Source of the DNA: an uncultured Chloroflexia bacterium
GTDB taxonomy: Bacteria > Chloroflexota > Anaerolineae > CG2-30-64-16
Reading direction: 5' to 3'
DNA: 64,000 nt
Assembly (NCBI GenBank): GCA_963774265.1
Contig: CAVZDU010000010.1
Coordinates: 128,001-192,000, forward strand
In this document: positions 31,651 through 41,631 of the stretch, piece by piece
Numbering within the stretch: the stretch's first letter is position 1
Layout of the letters: each line of letters opens with the position of its first letter
The notes under the pieces: generated by a model
What the model was told of the DNA's origin: nothing
The model's input: only the letters and a program-made list of their open reading frames with translations
Database searches by the model: none
Program-made: the position numbers and the translations under genes

Positions 31651-32601
31651 TTACCCCAGGATGCCGTCTACAAAGGCGTGGGGGTCAAACTCTGCAAAGT
31701 CCTCTGCTTTTTCGCCCGTACCTACAAAGCGTACAGGAATGCCCAGTTCTTCCTGAATAGCGAACACAATCCCACCCTTGGCAGTCCCGTCAAGCTTGGT
31801 CAGGATAATGCCGCTGATTTGCACCGCCTCTTTGAAGTGCTTGGCCTGGCTGATCGCGTTTTGTCCCGTGGTCGCATCCAGAACCAGCAGAGTCTCATGG
31901 GGTGCATCGTGCACCTGGCGCGCACACACCGCACGCACCTTCTCGAGTTCCTTCATCAGGTTGAACTTAGTGTGAAGGCGCCCTGCTGTGTCGATCACGA
32001 GCAGGTCGGCGGAGCGTGTTTCCTGGCTTGCCCGGATGGCATCGAAGACGACCGCACCGGGATCCGCGCCAGGAGCCTGGGCGATCACTTCCACGCCAGT
32101 GCGCTCCCCCCAGATTTTGAGCTGATCGATCGCGGCTGCGCGGAAGGTGTCCGCCGCTGCTAACACGACCTTCTTGCCGCGCGCCTTGTAGTACCTTGCT
32201 AATTTCGCAATGCTGGTGGTCTTGCCTGAACCATTCACGCCGACGATGAGCACCACGGTAAGCATGCGTGGCTCGGCAAGGTTCGTGAATGGCGCGTGAT
32301 CCAACAAACGGACAAGTTCGTCCTTCAACGCGGTCTTGACATCCTCAGAGCGCTTGAGGTGTTCACGGTTCACGCGGTTGCGAAGTCGTTCGACGAGGCC
32401 CATTGCTGTGTTGATGCCCAAATCCGCCTGGATGAGAATCTCCTCCAGCTCATCCCACGTCTCATCAGTGATTTCACTGGCCTGGAAAAGAGCCCCCACA
32501 CGTCCGAAAAAGCCTTGCCGGGTCTTAGTGAGGCTGGCCTGGATCTTGACCTGGTCCTCGGCCTGTTGCTCGGGCGTTTTGCGAAAGAAGCCAAATGCCA
32601 T
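31651..32601 (-). CDS. ftsY: SRP receptor FtsY
   Basis: [31 protein letters not shown]; AGGAG RBS. Confidence 0.96.
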   Translation of the reverse strand: MAFGFFRKTPEQQAEDQVKIQASLTKTRQGFFGRVGALFQASEITDETWDELEEILIQADLGINTAMGLVERLRNRVNREHLKRSEDVKTALKDELVRLLDHAPFTNLAEPRMLTVVLIVGVNGSGKTTSIAKLARYYKARGKKVVLAAADTFRAAAIDQLKIWGERTGVEVIAQAPGADPGAVVFDAIRASQETRSADLLVIDTAGRLHTKFNLMKELEKVRAVCARQVHDAPHETLLVLDATTGQNAISQAKHFKEAVQISGIILTKLDGTAKGGIVFAIQEELGIPVRFVGTGEKAEDFAEFDPHAFVDGILG

Positions 32602-32764
32602 CCACTCACTCCTGGCCCCTCTCGGCCTGTCGTGTTGCGACAAAAGCCCCAGCCGGGGCGGGGCTGGGGCTGCCTTACTGATGGCGTCATTATACACGGG
32701 GAAAAACGAATGACAAAGCGGCCCTGCTATGCTATACTCGCAGCGATCCAATGGAGGCGAAGGG

Positions 32765-33499
32765 ATGCAGGACGTAGACGAAATCGTGGATGCGTTTGCA
32801 GAGCGCAATGGGTTATCATTCAGGAGCCGGGTGCTTCTGCGCACGGCGTTGACTCACCGGTCATACCTCAACGAGCACGCGGACGTCGACTGGGAGGACA
32901 ACGAACGGCTGGAATACTTGGGCGATGCTGTATTGGATTTCATGCTGGCCGATTATCTCTATGAGAGTTTCCCCCACGCCCCCGAAGGCGAGCTGACAGC
33001 GCTGCGCGCAGCTCTAGTGCGTCGGGAGACGCTATCCCGCCTGGCGATGCGACTGGATGTCGGGTCAGCTCTTCTGATGGGTCACGGCGAGGTGGAGACC
33101 GGCGGACGCCAGCGGTCTGCGACGCTATGTGCTGCTTTTGAGGCGTTGGTGGGGGCGCTGTATCTCGACCAGGATCTCAGCGCAGTGTCCGATTGGGTGC
33201 TGCCGATGATGCATGCGGAGCTGGCCGCGGCGAAGATCGAAGTGGTGGACAAAGACCCGAAGAGTCGGCTTCAGGAGATGGCGCAGGCGGCCCTTGGCGT
33301 AACCCCCCGCTATCGTACGGTGGCCGCGGATGGGCCGGACCATGCCAAGATCTTCCGCGTGCAGGTGGCGATTGGCGAGGCAATGTGCGGAGAAGGCGAG
33401 GGTCCCAGCAAGCAGCTTGCCGCCCAGAGCGCCGCGCTGGATGCACTTGCGCGCGTTGAGGAGTGGCGCGGTGAGCGCAAGCCGGTCGCAAGCGATTGA
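32765..33499 (+). CDS. rnc: Ribonuclease III
   Basis: [12 protein letters not shown] signature, ds[11 protein letters not shown]. Confidence 0.96.
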   Translation: MQDVDEIVDAFAERNGLSFRSRVLLRTALTHRSYLNEHADVDWEDNERLEYLGDAVLDFMLADYLYESFPHAPEGELTALRAALVRRETLSRLAMRLDVGSALLMGHGEVETGGRQRSATLCAAFEALVGALYLDQDLSAVSDWVLPMMHAELAAAKIEVVDKDPKSRLQEMAQAALGVTPRYRTVAADGPDHAKIFRVQVAIGEAMCGEGEGPSKQLAAQSAALDALARVEEWRGERKPVASD

Positions 33500-33577
33500 G
33501 TGAGCAGGCGAATTCGCGCCGGCGCAATTCGCTTGCTATTGAACCTATGACGCCTCGTTCGATGCCGGCTCCGTAGC

Positions 33578-34825
33578 CTAGCCTGATTCGAGCCCGAGCA
33601 ATTCGCGGCAGGCGCGGAAGCTGAGTGGCCAGTCCCCGAGCGACAGGCCGGGCGCCGCGCATCGCCAATTCTAATGCGCGATCAGCGACGCGAGCTGCCG
33701 CGTCGGGTCGTCCCAGCTTGCGAGCGCGTTGGGCGGTCGCATGGAGGGCTTCCGCGTCCTCATCCAGCCAGTGGAAAACTTGCACCAAGGCCTCGGCTGG
33801 GTCTTCGACCAGGACGCCGGCCCCGCCATTCACTACGTACTCTGCGTTGCCCGTTTCTTGTCCTGGGATGGCTTCTGCCAGCAGTAATGGCAGTCCCACC
33901 GCGAGCGCCTCTGAGACGATGAGCCCCCCCGCCTTGCAGACGAGGAAGTCGGCCGCCTGCATCATCTCCCACATGTTGTCGACATAACCGTATATGTGCG
34001 CCGGTTGATGCCACTGCTCGGCTACCAGCCGGCCGCGGCAGCTCTTCGTCGCCGCCGCTGACAATGGACAACTCCAGGGGCAGACCGGAGTGGTTGAGGA
34101 TCCGCGCCACGGGCTCCAACTTCTTCACTCGCTTCCCGCCGCTGCAGAGGCCAACATACCGATCGGTGCGCCAGCCCAACTTGGCGCGGCAGGGCAGCCT
34201 TGTCGCATGGAAGCGCCAGGTTAGGGTTGACGGGGAGTCCGGTTATCTCGACGCGGTCGGCCGCAAGGCCGCTTTCGAGTGCCTTATCCGCCACGGCTTG
34301 GGTCGGCACAAGGCAGGCTTCTGCACTCTCGTGGAACCACAATCGATGCACCGAGACCAGGTCCGTCACCACGGTCAGGAAAGGTGCACCGCGACGCGAT
34401 AGCGCATTGAGAGCGGCCAACGGGGCCTGGTACAGCGGGTACGTGGTTACTACGACATCCGGCTCGTACTCGCCCAGGATATCCCGCAGCACGCCAAACA
34501 GCATCATAGTTAGCGCCTGCTCGGCGATTCCTGCTGGAATCGCTCCATCCGACGCCTGGTAGCCGACCCGGTACAGGTCGGGTGAGTTTTGGATCATGCG
34601 GTCGTAGTCGTCCTGGGCAGAAACCAGTAAGCCAGGCGCACCAGCATGGTCCAGGGGGTTAACGATAGTCACTTCACAGCGGTCCGCGTAGCGTGCTTTG
34701 GCTGCGCTAGCGATTGCGTTGGCCGCGGCTTTATGGCCGAAACCAGCGTCAGCAGACAGGATGAGGATACGCTTCCGTCGGTCGGCCGCCGCGGGCCCAT
34801 GGCTTTGATCAGATGGTCTTCTCAT
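33578..34825 (-). pseudogene. GT28/MGDG synthase (UgtP-like) glycosyltransferase with three +1 frameshifts (possibly sequencing artefacts)
   Basis: GFGHKAAA, VVTTYP, VTD, TGLPV, KAGG..EAL, PGQE..NA are spread over three frames, with breaks at about 34188, 34037 and 33607. Confidence 0.8.
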
Positions 34826-35930
34826 AGATCCGATGCCTCTTATAAATCTCACCGCCCATCGTCTTGGTATCTTCCACGGTCAACACGTGTTCTTCCATCT
34901 GCACCAGGTCGGCATGTTCGAAACCGCCGCTGTGCATAGTCTTCTCCATCTCAACGTACAGGATCGCATTGACGCCAAGGCCGCGATAGGGAGCCAGGAT
35001 GCCTGCGCCGTTAAGATTAATCCACTTCGTGCGCTTCATCTCACGCAACAGCCAAAACCAGCCGAATGGCCAGATCCGGCCGTTTGCGCGGCGAATGCCT
35101 TCGGAGATATCTGGGAAGCCAAGCAGGAAGCCCGCGATGGCATCGCCTTTCATGACCAATTTGATCAACTTCGGCGCCGCGATCTGCATCAGGCGGTCGC
35201 CGATGACTTTGGCTTCAGCGTCAGTCACTGGGTTGAATTCCCAGTTGTCCAGGAAGGTCTCGTTGTAGGTTCGAACGATCGCGGGGATCCACGCGCGCAA
35301 CTCGGACTTATCCCGGAAGGTGCGAATGGAGAAGCCGCGCCGCTCCATCATCTTGTCCGCGATTTGATGCACGCGTTCCGGGAGGACTGAGTCGGCGCGC
35401 AGGTAGGCGGAGAGAAAATCGCGCTGCCCGCGATAACCGGCTGCCTCTATGAGTCGTCCGTAGTAAGCATGATTGTATGGAATGCCTACCGCAGGGTGAT
35501 GTTGGAAGCCCTCGACGAGCACACCGATGCCGTCGCCCTGTAGAAAGCCTTTTGCACCGACGATCTTGTCTAGGCCGCGTTCCCTGGCCCAGGACTCGAT
35601 CCCGGCGAAGAGAGCTGCGGTGGCTTCAATGTCATCAAACGAATCGAAAAGGTAGAAGAATGCAGTGTGGGCGCCCCAGTGCTGATTGTAGTGGCGATTC
35701 TCCAGGACTGCGATCCGAGCCACATCTCGCCCGTCTCGTTGGGCCATGAAGAAATCAGCGTCGGAGTGCTCGTAAAATGGATAGCGCTGCCGATTGAGCA
35801 TGAGCCGTGTGTCGTCGACCAGAGGTGGAACCCACTGCGGGCAGTCACGATAGATGGCAAATGGAAGCCTCACAAATCGGTCCACCTCGCGACGAGAGGA
35901 AGTATCAACCTTGGAAACATTTACAATCAT
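34809..35930 (-). CDS. Tandem-GNAT N-acyltransferase of the YghO/bacterial ceramide synthase-like family
   Basis: YRDCPQWVPPL, GVLVEGF, PYNHAYY, NWEFNP, PFGW, PYRGLG. Confidence 0.7.
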   Translation of the reverse strand: MIVNVSKVDTSSRREVDRFVRLPFAIYRDCPQWVPPLVDDTRLMLNRQRYPFYEHSDADFFMAQRDGRDVARIAVLENRHYNQHWGAHTAFFYLFDSFDDIEATAALFAGIESWARERGLDKIVGAKGFLQGDGIGVLVEGFQHHPAVGIPYNHAYYGRLIEAAGYRGQRDFLSAYLRADSVLPERVHQIADKMMERRGFSIRTFRDKSELRAWIPAIVRTYNETFLDNWEFNPVTDAEAKVIGDRLMQIAAPKLIKLVMKGDAIAGFLLGFPDISEGIRRANGRIWPFGWFWLLREMKRTKWINLNGAGILAPYRGLGVNAILYVEMEKTMHSGGFEHADLVQMEEHVLTVEDTKTMGGEIYKRHRIYEKTI

Positions 35931-35939
35931 TGTATTGAC

Positions 35940-36782
35940 TCAGCCCGGTGTAAAGAAGCCGAACGCTAACGTCCCGGGTCCGGCGTGGGTGATGATTGCA
36001 GGCGCCAAGTCGGCGACCATCACGTCAGGCACACCCAGTGACTGCTTGAGGTCAGCTGCCAGTTCTTCCGCCTCTCGCCGCGCTGCAGCGTGCATAACCG
36101 AAACATGGGCATCGGGTTCACGACTTGCCTCACTCAGGATCAGTTCCTTGATGCGCGCCAGCGCCTTCTTCTTGGTGCGTTCGCGCTCGAATTGATCAAC
36201 CCGGCCGTCGCGAAAGGTGAGAATCGGCTTGATCTGCAAGACCGTACCGATAAGGGCTTGTGCGCCACCCACGCGCCCCCCTCGGCGCAGGAACTCCATG
36301 GTATCAACCATGAAGTAGATACGGGCACGCGGCATCAGGCTTCGTACGCGGGCCTCGACCTCGTCTGCGCTTGCTCCCTGCTTGGCAAGTTTATCCGCCT
36401 CGAGAACCATGCCGCCCAGGGGGCCGACCACGCTTCGTGTGTCGATGATGCGAATGTCAGCCGATGGAAAGCTTTGGCGCGCTATTTCTGCTGAGCGTAC
36501 CGTGCCGCTGACATCTGACGACGGATGGACGCATACGACGCTCTCGCCGGCTTGGACGCATTGCTGGAACACCTCGATAAAGTCGCCCGGGTAGGGGGCA
36601 GCGGTTTTGGGAAGCGCCTTGCCGCTGAGCAACCGTTCCATGAAGCCGGCGGCGTCGATGTCGACACCTTCGCGGAAGGAGTCCTCGCCGAAGTTGATTA
36701 CCTGGGGAATCATCGGGATGTTGAGCGGCCGATAGATTTCTGGGGGCAGCACGCAGGTGGTGTCCGCCACGACGCGGGTCAT
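35940..36782 (-). CDS. DegV/FakB fatty-acid-binding protein
   Basis: VADTT, PKTAAP, SSDVSGT, LRRGGR, IKPIL, HAGPG. Confidence 0.93.
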   Translation of the reverse strand: MTRVVADTTCVLPPEIYRPLNIPMIPQVINFGEDSFREGVDIDAAGFMERLLSGKALPKTAAPYPGDFIEVFQQCVQAGESVVCVHPSSDVSGTVRSAEIARQSFPSADIRIIDTRSVVGPLGGMVLEADKLAKQGASADEVEARVRSLMPRARIYFMVDTMEFLRRGGRVGGAQALIGTVLQIKPILTFRDGRVDQFERERTKKKALARIKELILSEASREPDAHVSVMHAAARREAEELAADLKQSLGVPDVMVADLAPAIITHAGPGTLAFGFFTPG

Positions 36783-36873
36783 GATTGCCTCCTTGCAGTG
36801 AAATGAGCGAATAATGGATTCTACCACACTTCTGCCTGGAGCGACCCGTGTTTACGCGTCTGTGTGGGTTGCT

Positions 36874-39294
36874 CTATTCCGATCGCCAGTACAGATAGGC
36901 ATCATTCGCATAGTCAAAGAAGCAATCGGGACCTTCGCAGCGGACGCGGAATTCGACCTGTTGTCCGGAGCGGACGGGCCATTGAACTGGCCCATTATCG
37001 CCCAGGTCAATAATGGATTGCGGTAGGTGTAACGTCATCGTGCTCTGGCTGTAGCCCGATGCGCCTGTGAAAAGAAGGTGCAGGCCATCGATTGTGATGT
37101 CATAACCTGGCTGATCGCCTTGTTCGGATGAGCTTATATCTGTTCGTCTGGATACTTCATTGACGATGCCCTGGCCGATCACCTCCGTGTTTCCAAGAGG
37201 GGGAGGGGTGCCTCCGAACAAAACGATCTCCTTGATGGTGGCTGTTCCGGCCGTGTCAGTAATCTCCAGGGTGTAGTATTGGGTGTCCGTAGGGCAGGCC
37301 TGTTGGGTGCCTACGCCAACAACGCCTTCACCATCCAGATAAACGGTGAGTACGTTCTTCACCCGCCAATGTAGGGTTGTGCATCCCTGCTCAGGCAGCG
37401 TGTATTGCTCAGCCCAGAAAGCCACGTCGACGTCGCTTTCTGTTCCTGCTATCACGGCGATGGTCAGGCGCTTCGTCGTGGTTACACCGGCGCTGTCCAG
37501 TACGGTCAGAGTATAGTCTGTAGTCTGGGTAGGGCACTCTTCTTTTGTTGCGATACCAGCGACGCCTTGGCCGTTTAGGCGCACCTCTTTGACGTTTATA
37601 GCGCTCCAGCGTAGGGTCGTACAGGCGCCCGAAGCTACCTGCACTTTATCCGCAGTGAACACAACCGCAGGCTGCCCCGAAGCAGACACTTGCACAGTCA
37701 CAGTGTAGTCTTGCGTGCCAGAACTGCTGGTCACCCGTAAAGTATAGGTGGTAGTCTGTGGGGGGCACACGTCTTTGGCGTTGTTGCCGGTGGTCGCCTG
37801 TCCGTCGATGTACACCGAGATCACATTGTCGATTTGCCAATGGACAACTGTACATTCCCCGGGCGTGAGGATGGGCTTGTCGGCCCAGAACACGGTGCTC
37901 TGATCAGTCCGAGTAGGGGTCAAAGTGACAGCGTTGACCAGTGTAGGAGTAAACGTCGCTGTTGGTGTCACGGCGGGCTGCCCGTTGGTGGCTGGTGTCG
38001 GTCGCCGGGTCGGCACGGTTGGCGGCTGGATCGCGCTCGGCGTCAGGGCCGCGACGACGGCGGGCGTGCCCACGGGTTCCTGTCCGGGCGGCAGCGTCGC
38101 GGTCGGTCGCGCCGCGAGCTGAATGCTCACCTCGTTGCTGACCGCTATCCATTCGCCGTCGCGTTGCACCTCGAGGATGATGCGATAATCGCCGACGCCT
38201 CCTTGATCCACGATGGGCTGGAGGGCCAACGTGGGACCGCGCGCCTCTGGCGTCTGGAAGGTCAGTCCGTTGAGTAGGATTTTCCATCGCAAGGCCAGGC
38301 GGTCTTCCTGCAGGACAACGGGGCGCACCACTTCCATGTTTTGGATCAGGATTGGCAGAACCTGGGTGTATTCCACGCCGGTACTGATGCGCCGGGTTGG
38401 GGTTGCTGCATCATCGACCGTCAGGGAGACGTAAAAGCGCGTATTGATGCCTGGGTCAAGGGCAAGCAGGCCGGGCACCAGATCAAAGACATGGGAAAAC
38501 TCGATCACGCCATGGCTCTGGCTAGGATCTGGCTTGAACCATAGCGTTTCCTCGTCGACTGTGGTGTCTTGATCCGGATCGCCGGCCACCTGGCCTGCGC
38601 CGCCTGATGTGTCCTGCTTGAGCACCAGTCGTGCAGGAACCAGCTCGTTCTGAAGTGCTGGTATCGCCGAGAAGCGGTACTGGCCGACCACCGTCAACGG
38701 TACTGATTGCTGCCCGGGCAGGGTTTCTGGCTTGATCAGCGCAATCGAGGCATCTGCCAACCGCCAGCGGCCCAGGATGGCGAATATGCCGGGGTCATTC
38801 ACCCCGAATTGGATGCCACCCGTCACGTCGCGTGCCGTGACTCGCTCCCACGTCCTTCCCGTCCAACGGTAGGGCGCAAACTCGTACTGATCCGGCGTCA
38901 CACCGGGCGCCAGCGGCAGGCGCAACAGGGCGACGCCGGTCAATTCGGAGCCATCGATAAGCAACTCGTAGGCGGCTCCGATCATACTCATAGGGACAGG
39001 AACGGCAGGGACCTCCTGCGCGGTGCGGAGCGTGACCGTTGCGTTCTGGGCGAGCGACCCCGGCGGCAGGGTAGCTTGCGTCCCATCTTGCAGGCCAATC
39101 GTGCCGCCCTTGTCCTTGTCCACCTCTGCGACCGCCTCATCGGGCGGCATCTCCTCGCGGCTGAACGGCGGCACGACCGCCGGTGCCGGGGTGGAGGTTG
39201 GGGTGCTGCGCGAGCAACCGGTGACCCATATGAGTACGGCGCATGCCAACAGCATCGCGCCAACACGTGCAGGGATAATACGTTTCTTCATCAT
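36874..39294 (-). CDS. Large lipoprotein with ZU5-like domain and three Cys-containing Ig-like repeats
   Basis: Lipobox VTGC; repeats FxAD..GxCTxLxW..V.V.ldG..CP.qT..YTL. Confidence 0.75.
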   Translation of the reverse strand: MMKKRIIPARVGAMLLACAVLIWVTGCSRSTPTSTPAPAVVPPFSREEMPPDEAVAEVDKDKGGTIGLQDGTQATLPPGSLAQNATVTLRTAQEVPAVPVPMSMIGAAYELLIDGSELTGVALLRLPLAPGVTPDQYEFAPYRWTGRTWERVTARDVTGGIQFGVNDPGIFAILGRWRLADASIALIKPETLPGQQSVPLTVVGQYRFSAIPALQNELVPARLVLKQDTSGGAGQVAGDPDQDTTVDEETLWFKPDPSQSHGVIEFSHVFDLVPGLLALDPGINTRFYVSLTVDDAATPTRRISTGVEYTQVLPILIQNMEVVRPVVLQEDRLALRWKILLNGLTFQTPEARGPTLALQPIVDQGGVGDYRIILEVQRDGEWIAVSNEVSIQLAARPTATLPPGQEPVGTPAVVAALTPSAIQPPTVPTRRPTPATNGQPAVTPTATFTPTLVNAVTLTPTRTDQSTVFWADKPILTPGECTVVHWQIDNVISVYIDGQATTGNNAKDVCPPQTTTYTLRVTSSSGTQDYTVTVQVSASGQPAVVFTADKVQVASGACTTLRWSAINVKEVRLNGQGVAGIATKEECPTQTTDYTLTVLDSAGVTTTKRLTIAVIAGTESDVDVAFWAEQYTLPEQGCTTLHWRVKNVLTVYLDGEGVVGVGTQQACPTDTQYYTLEITDTAGTATIKEIVLFGGTPPPLGNTEVIGQGIVNEVSRRTDISSSEQGDQPGYDITIDGLHLLFTGASGYSQSTMTLHLPQSIIDLGDNGPVQWPVRSGQQVEFRVRCEGPDCFFDYANDAYLYWRSE

Positions 39295-39516
39295 TGTATC
39301 AAACGTGATCAAAAGCGCCGTCGTTACGGTCGCCTGGATCCAGGAACACAATCCAATGCCACTTTCCTCAAGAGTCTAGCTTTCAGGACGGGTCTTGTCA
39401 ACATTTTGGTATAATAGCCCCCAATAATTCGATAGTGAGGATTTCATGTCGCCAGTCAGGATCACGTTGCCAGTTCTCCCGGCGCGGGGACACAAACGCA
39501 TGCAGACCCATCCGGC

Positions 39517-40380
39517 ATGACTCGCCTGGCGTTGTTGTCCGATATCCACGCTAATCTGCCCGCGCTGGAGGCCGTCATCACAGACATCGACCGCCAGTCT
39601 CCTGATGCCGTGTATGTCTTGGGGGACATGATCAATGGCTGTGCGTGGCCCGCGGAAACACTGGATCGGATCATGTCCCGTGGCTGGCCCATGCTGATCG
39701 GCAACCATGATGACGCCGTACTGCAACTGGGTTCATCGCGCATGGAGTCTCGGTATGGTGATCGCCATTTCTACGCGACGCTTTGGTGGACTCGGTCGCG
39801 CTTGCAGCCTCGTCATCTGGCGCTCCTCGAGAGCTTGCCCGAGACGTTTGCCCTCACATTCTGGGATGCTCTTCCGGTGCGGCTGCTCCACGGTTTGCCG
39901 GGCAACTTCTTTGTTGGCTTTCGGCCGGATTCGACGAAAGAGTGGGCTCTGCGGTATCTTACATCCGTCGAAGAGCTTACTGTCGCCGATGGACACACGC
40001 ACTTTCCGATGGTGCGGACCATTGGAAAGTGGCAGGTGATCAATTGCGGCTCGGTCGGCGCCCCATATGATGGGGATGGCCGGGCCAGCTATGTTCTGAT
40101 GGATGGTTCTTTCGTCGGTTGGAATGTGAAGATTCGCCGAGTTGAGTTTGACCGGCGGCGCGTCGAAGAAGGCTATCTCACCTCCGGTTTGGCGGAGGAG
40201 GGCGGGGTGCTGGGTGCGATGTTCAACCGGACCGTGCTCACGGGACTGCCCTATGTATCCGATTTCACCTGGTGGGCTCGTCAGCAACCACCTGAGGTTA
40301 TCGGCGATCACCAGGGTGTACTCGCCCTGTATGATGCACAGTTTGGTCCTGGTCGTTGGGCATTTCCTCTGCCGGGCTAA
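39517..40380 (+). CDS. Metallophosphoesterase (calcineurin-like)
   Basis: SDIHAN, LGD, GNHD, HG, GHTH, NCGSVG. Confidence 0.92.
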   Translation: MTRLALLSDIHANLPALEAVITDIDRQSPDAVYVLGDMINGCAWPAETLDRIMSRGWPMLIGNHDDAVLQLGSSRMESRYGDRHFYATLWWTRSRLQPRHLALLESLPETFALTFWDALPVRLLHGLPGNFFVGFRPDSTKEWALRYLTSVEELTVADGHTHFPMVRTIGKWQVINCGSVGAPYDGDGRASYVLMDGSFVGWNVKIRRVEFDRRRVEEGYLTSGLAEEGGVLGAMFNRTVLTGLPYVSDFTWWARQQPPEVIGDHQGVLALYDAQFGPGRWAFPLPG

Positions 40381-40456
40381 GCGCGAGTGTGGCGTTGCTC
40401 ACCACGAATAGTCCGTCTCTGGAATATACTGTTGTCACACGTGCCATGAGGTGTGT

Positions 40457-40654
40457 ATGAATAAATCACGGGTCCTGCTCGCGATCCTATTGCTCATCCT
40501 TGGCCTGATACTCTGCGCATTCTCGGCGATCGTCGTCTTTGCCGTGATTCAGGTCGTGCGGAGCATTGGCCAGGTCTGGGTGCTTCCCCTACATGACCAC
40601 GTGGCAGCAACGTATATGGGCGTTGCCTTTCATAAGGCGTGGCCGCTGCGATGA
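40457..40654 (+). CDS. Small membrane protein
   Basis: GAGGTG RBS, a single long hydrophobic helix. Confidence 0.5.
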   Translation: MNKSRVLLAILLLILGLILCAFSAIVVFAVIQVVRSIGQVWVLPLHDHVAATYMGVAFHKAWPLR

Positions 40655-40662
40655 GGTGACAG

Positions 40663-41070
40663 ATGGCATTTTTTGAGGGACTGGTCGAGACCGAAGACGG
40701 TGTCAAGGTGGAGGTGACCACCCTCGGTGGTGAGGGTTTTTACATCATCGATGACCAGGGGTTCCGGCGGCATGTGGAGGCCGCAGCGATAGACCGCGTC
40801 GTTCTCGGGCAGTTCCTGGAGCAGATGCAGGAGCACCGTGACGAAGCCTCGCAGGCCATGTTGAAGCTCATGGGGAGCGAGGACCTTTTTACGAAGGCGG
40901 CAGTGGATTCGACGTTGAAGAACGTCAATGTGGACCAAATGCTCGGCCAGACATTGCCTTCAGATGCGCGGCAGTGGCTGGGCATGTTAGGCTTCCGGAT
41001 CGTAATCGATTATCACGGCGAGGTAATACGAGTGGACATGCCGGCAGCGCCAGAAATGGATGACGAATGA
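40663..41070 (+). CDS. Hypothetical protein
   Basis: GAGGTG RBS, 135-aa ORF with natural composition. Confidence 0.75.
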   Translation: MAFFEGLVETEDGVKVEVTTLGGEGFYIIDDQGFRRHVEAAAIDRVVLGQFLEQMQEHRDEASQAMLKLMGSEDLFTKAAVDSTLKNVNVDQMLGQTLPSDARQWLGMLGFRIVIDYHGEVIRVDMPAAPEMDDE

Positions 41071-41073
41071 AGG

Positions 41074-41292
41074 GTGTTCGCAGTGTCTAGACTTTGGCGC
41101 AACCGCCGCACCATCTCACCCATCCTGAGCGAGCTTGGTTGTGGGCTGATCACGGTTATTGTCTTCACGCTGCCGCTCTGGGCGTTCAGCGCTGCGGCCC
41201 GCGGCCCGCGCTTCGCAGTGACGCTGTTCGTAGGGCTGCTTGTCGTCCTGGTAGCTATGGCCGTGGTCGGACGGCTGTTACGTCGAAGATAG
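41074..41292 (+). CDS. Possible small two-TM protein
   Basis: Two hydrophobic segments; directly follows the previous gene. Confidence 0.4.
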   Translation: MFAVSRLWRNRRTISPILSELGCGLITVIVFTLPLWAFSAAARGPRFAVTLFVGLLVVLVAMAVVGRLLRRR

Positions 41293-41308
41293 AAGGTTGT
41301 TTTTGTCC

Positions 41309-41336
41309 TTGACACAGGCTTACGCTGTGCTATACT
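41309..41336 (+). promoter_or_regulatory. Sigma70 promoter of the riboswitch-ribXY operon
   Basis: TTGACA-N16-TATACT with extended TGn. Confidence 0.75.
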
Positions 41337-41355
41337 TCACAGCGTAAACGCATAG

Positions 41356-41510
41356 CACCTTCGGGGCAGGGTGAGGGTCACATGACCCAATTCCCGATCG
41401 GCGGTATGGCGCATTTCGCGTCGAGCCCGCGAGCGCATCCTCATTTTGAAAGGGTGTGCAGACCCGGTTAGAAGCCGGGGCCGACGGTACAGTCCGGATG
41501 AGAGAAGGTG
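41356..41510 (+). ncRNA. FMN riboswitch (RFN element)
   Basis: P1 CACCTTC/GAAGGTG; GGGGCAGGGTGA..TTCCCGATCGGCGGT, AGCCCGCGAGCG, CAGACCCGG, CCGACGGTACAGTCCGGATGAGAGAAG. Confidence 0.95.
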
Positions 41511-41554
41511 AGCGCGTAGGCCGTCCGTCGAGACGCGGACGAGGATCGCGCTTG

Positions 41555-41588
41555 GAGCCCCCGGGTGGATATGCCCTGGGGCTTTTTT
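41555..41588 (+). terminator. Riboswitch expression-platform terminator
   Basis: AGCCCC..GGGGCT hairpin followed by TTTTT. Confidence 0.75.
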
Positions 41589-41631
41589 AATGGCCGCTGA
41601 TGCCGGTGTTGCACCAAAGCAGGGAAGACGC

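Noticed and set aside
33177-33577. Long C-terminal extension of the glycosyltransferase overlapping rnc
   Set aside because: Explained by the third frameshift; the corrected frame stops at 33578.
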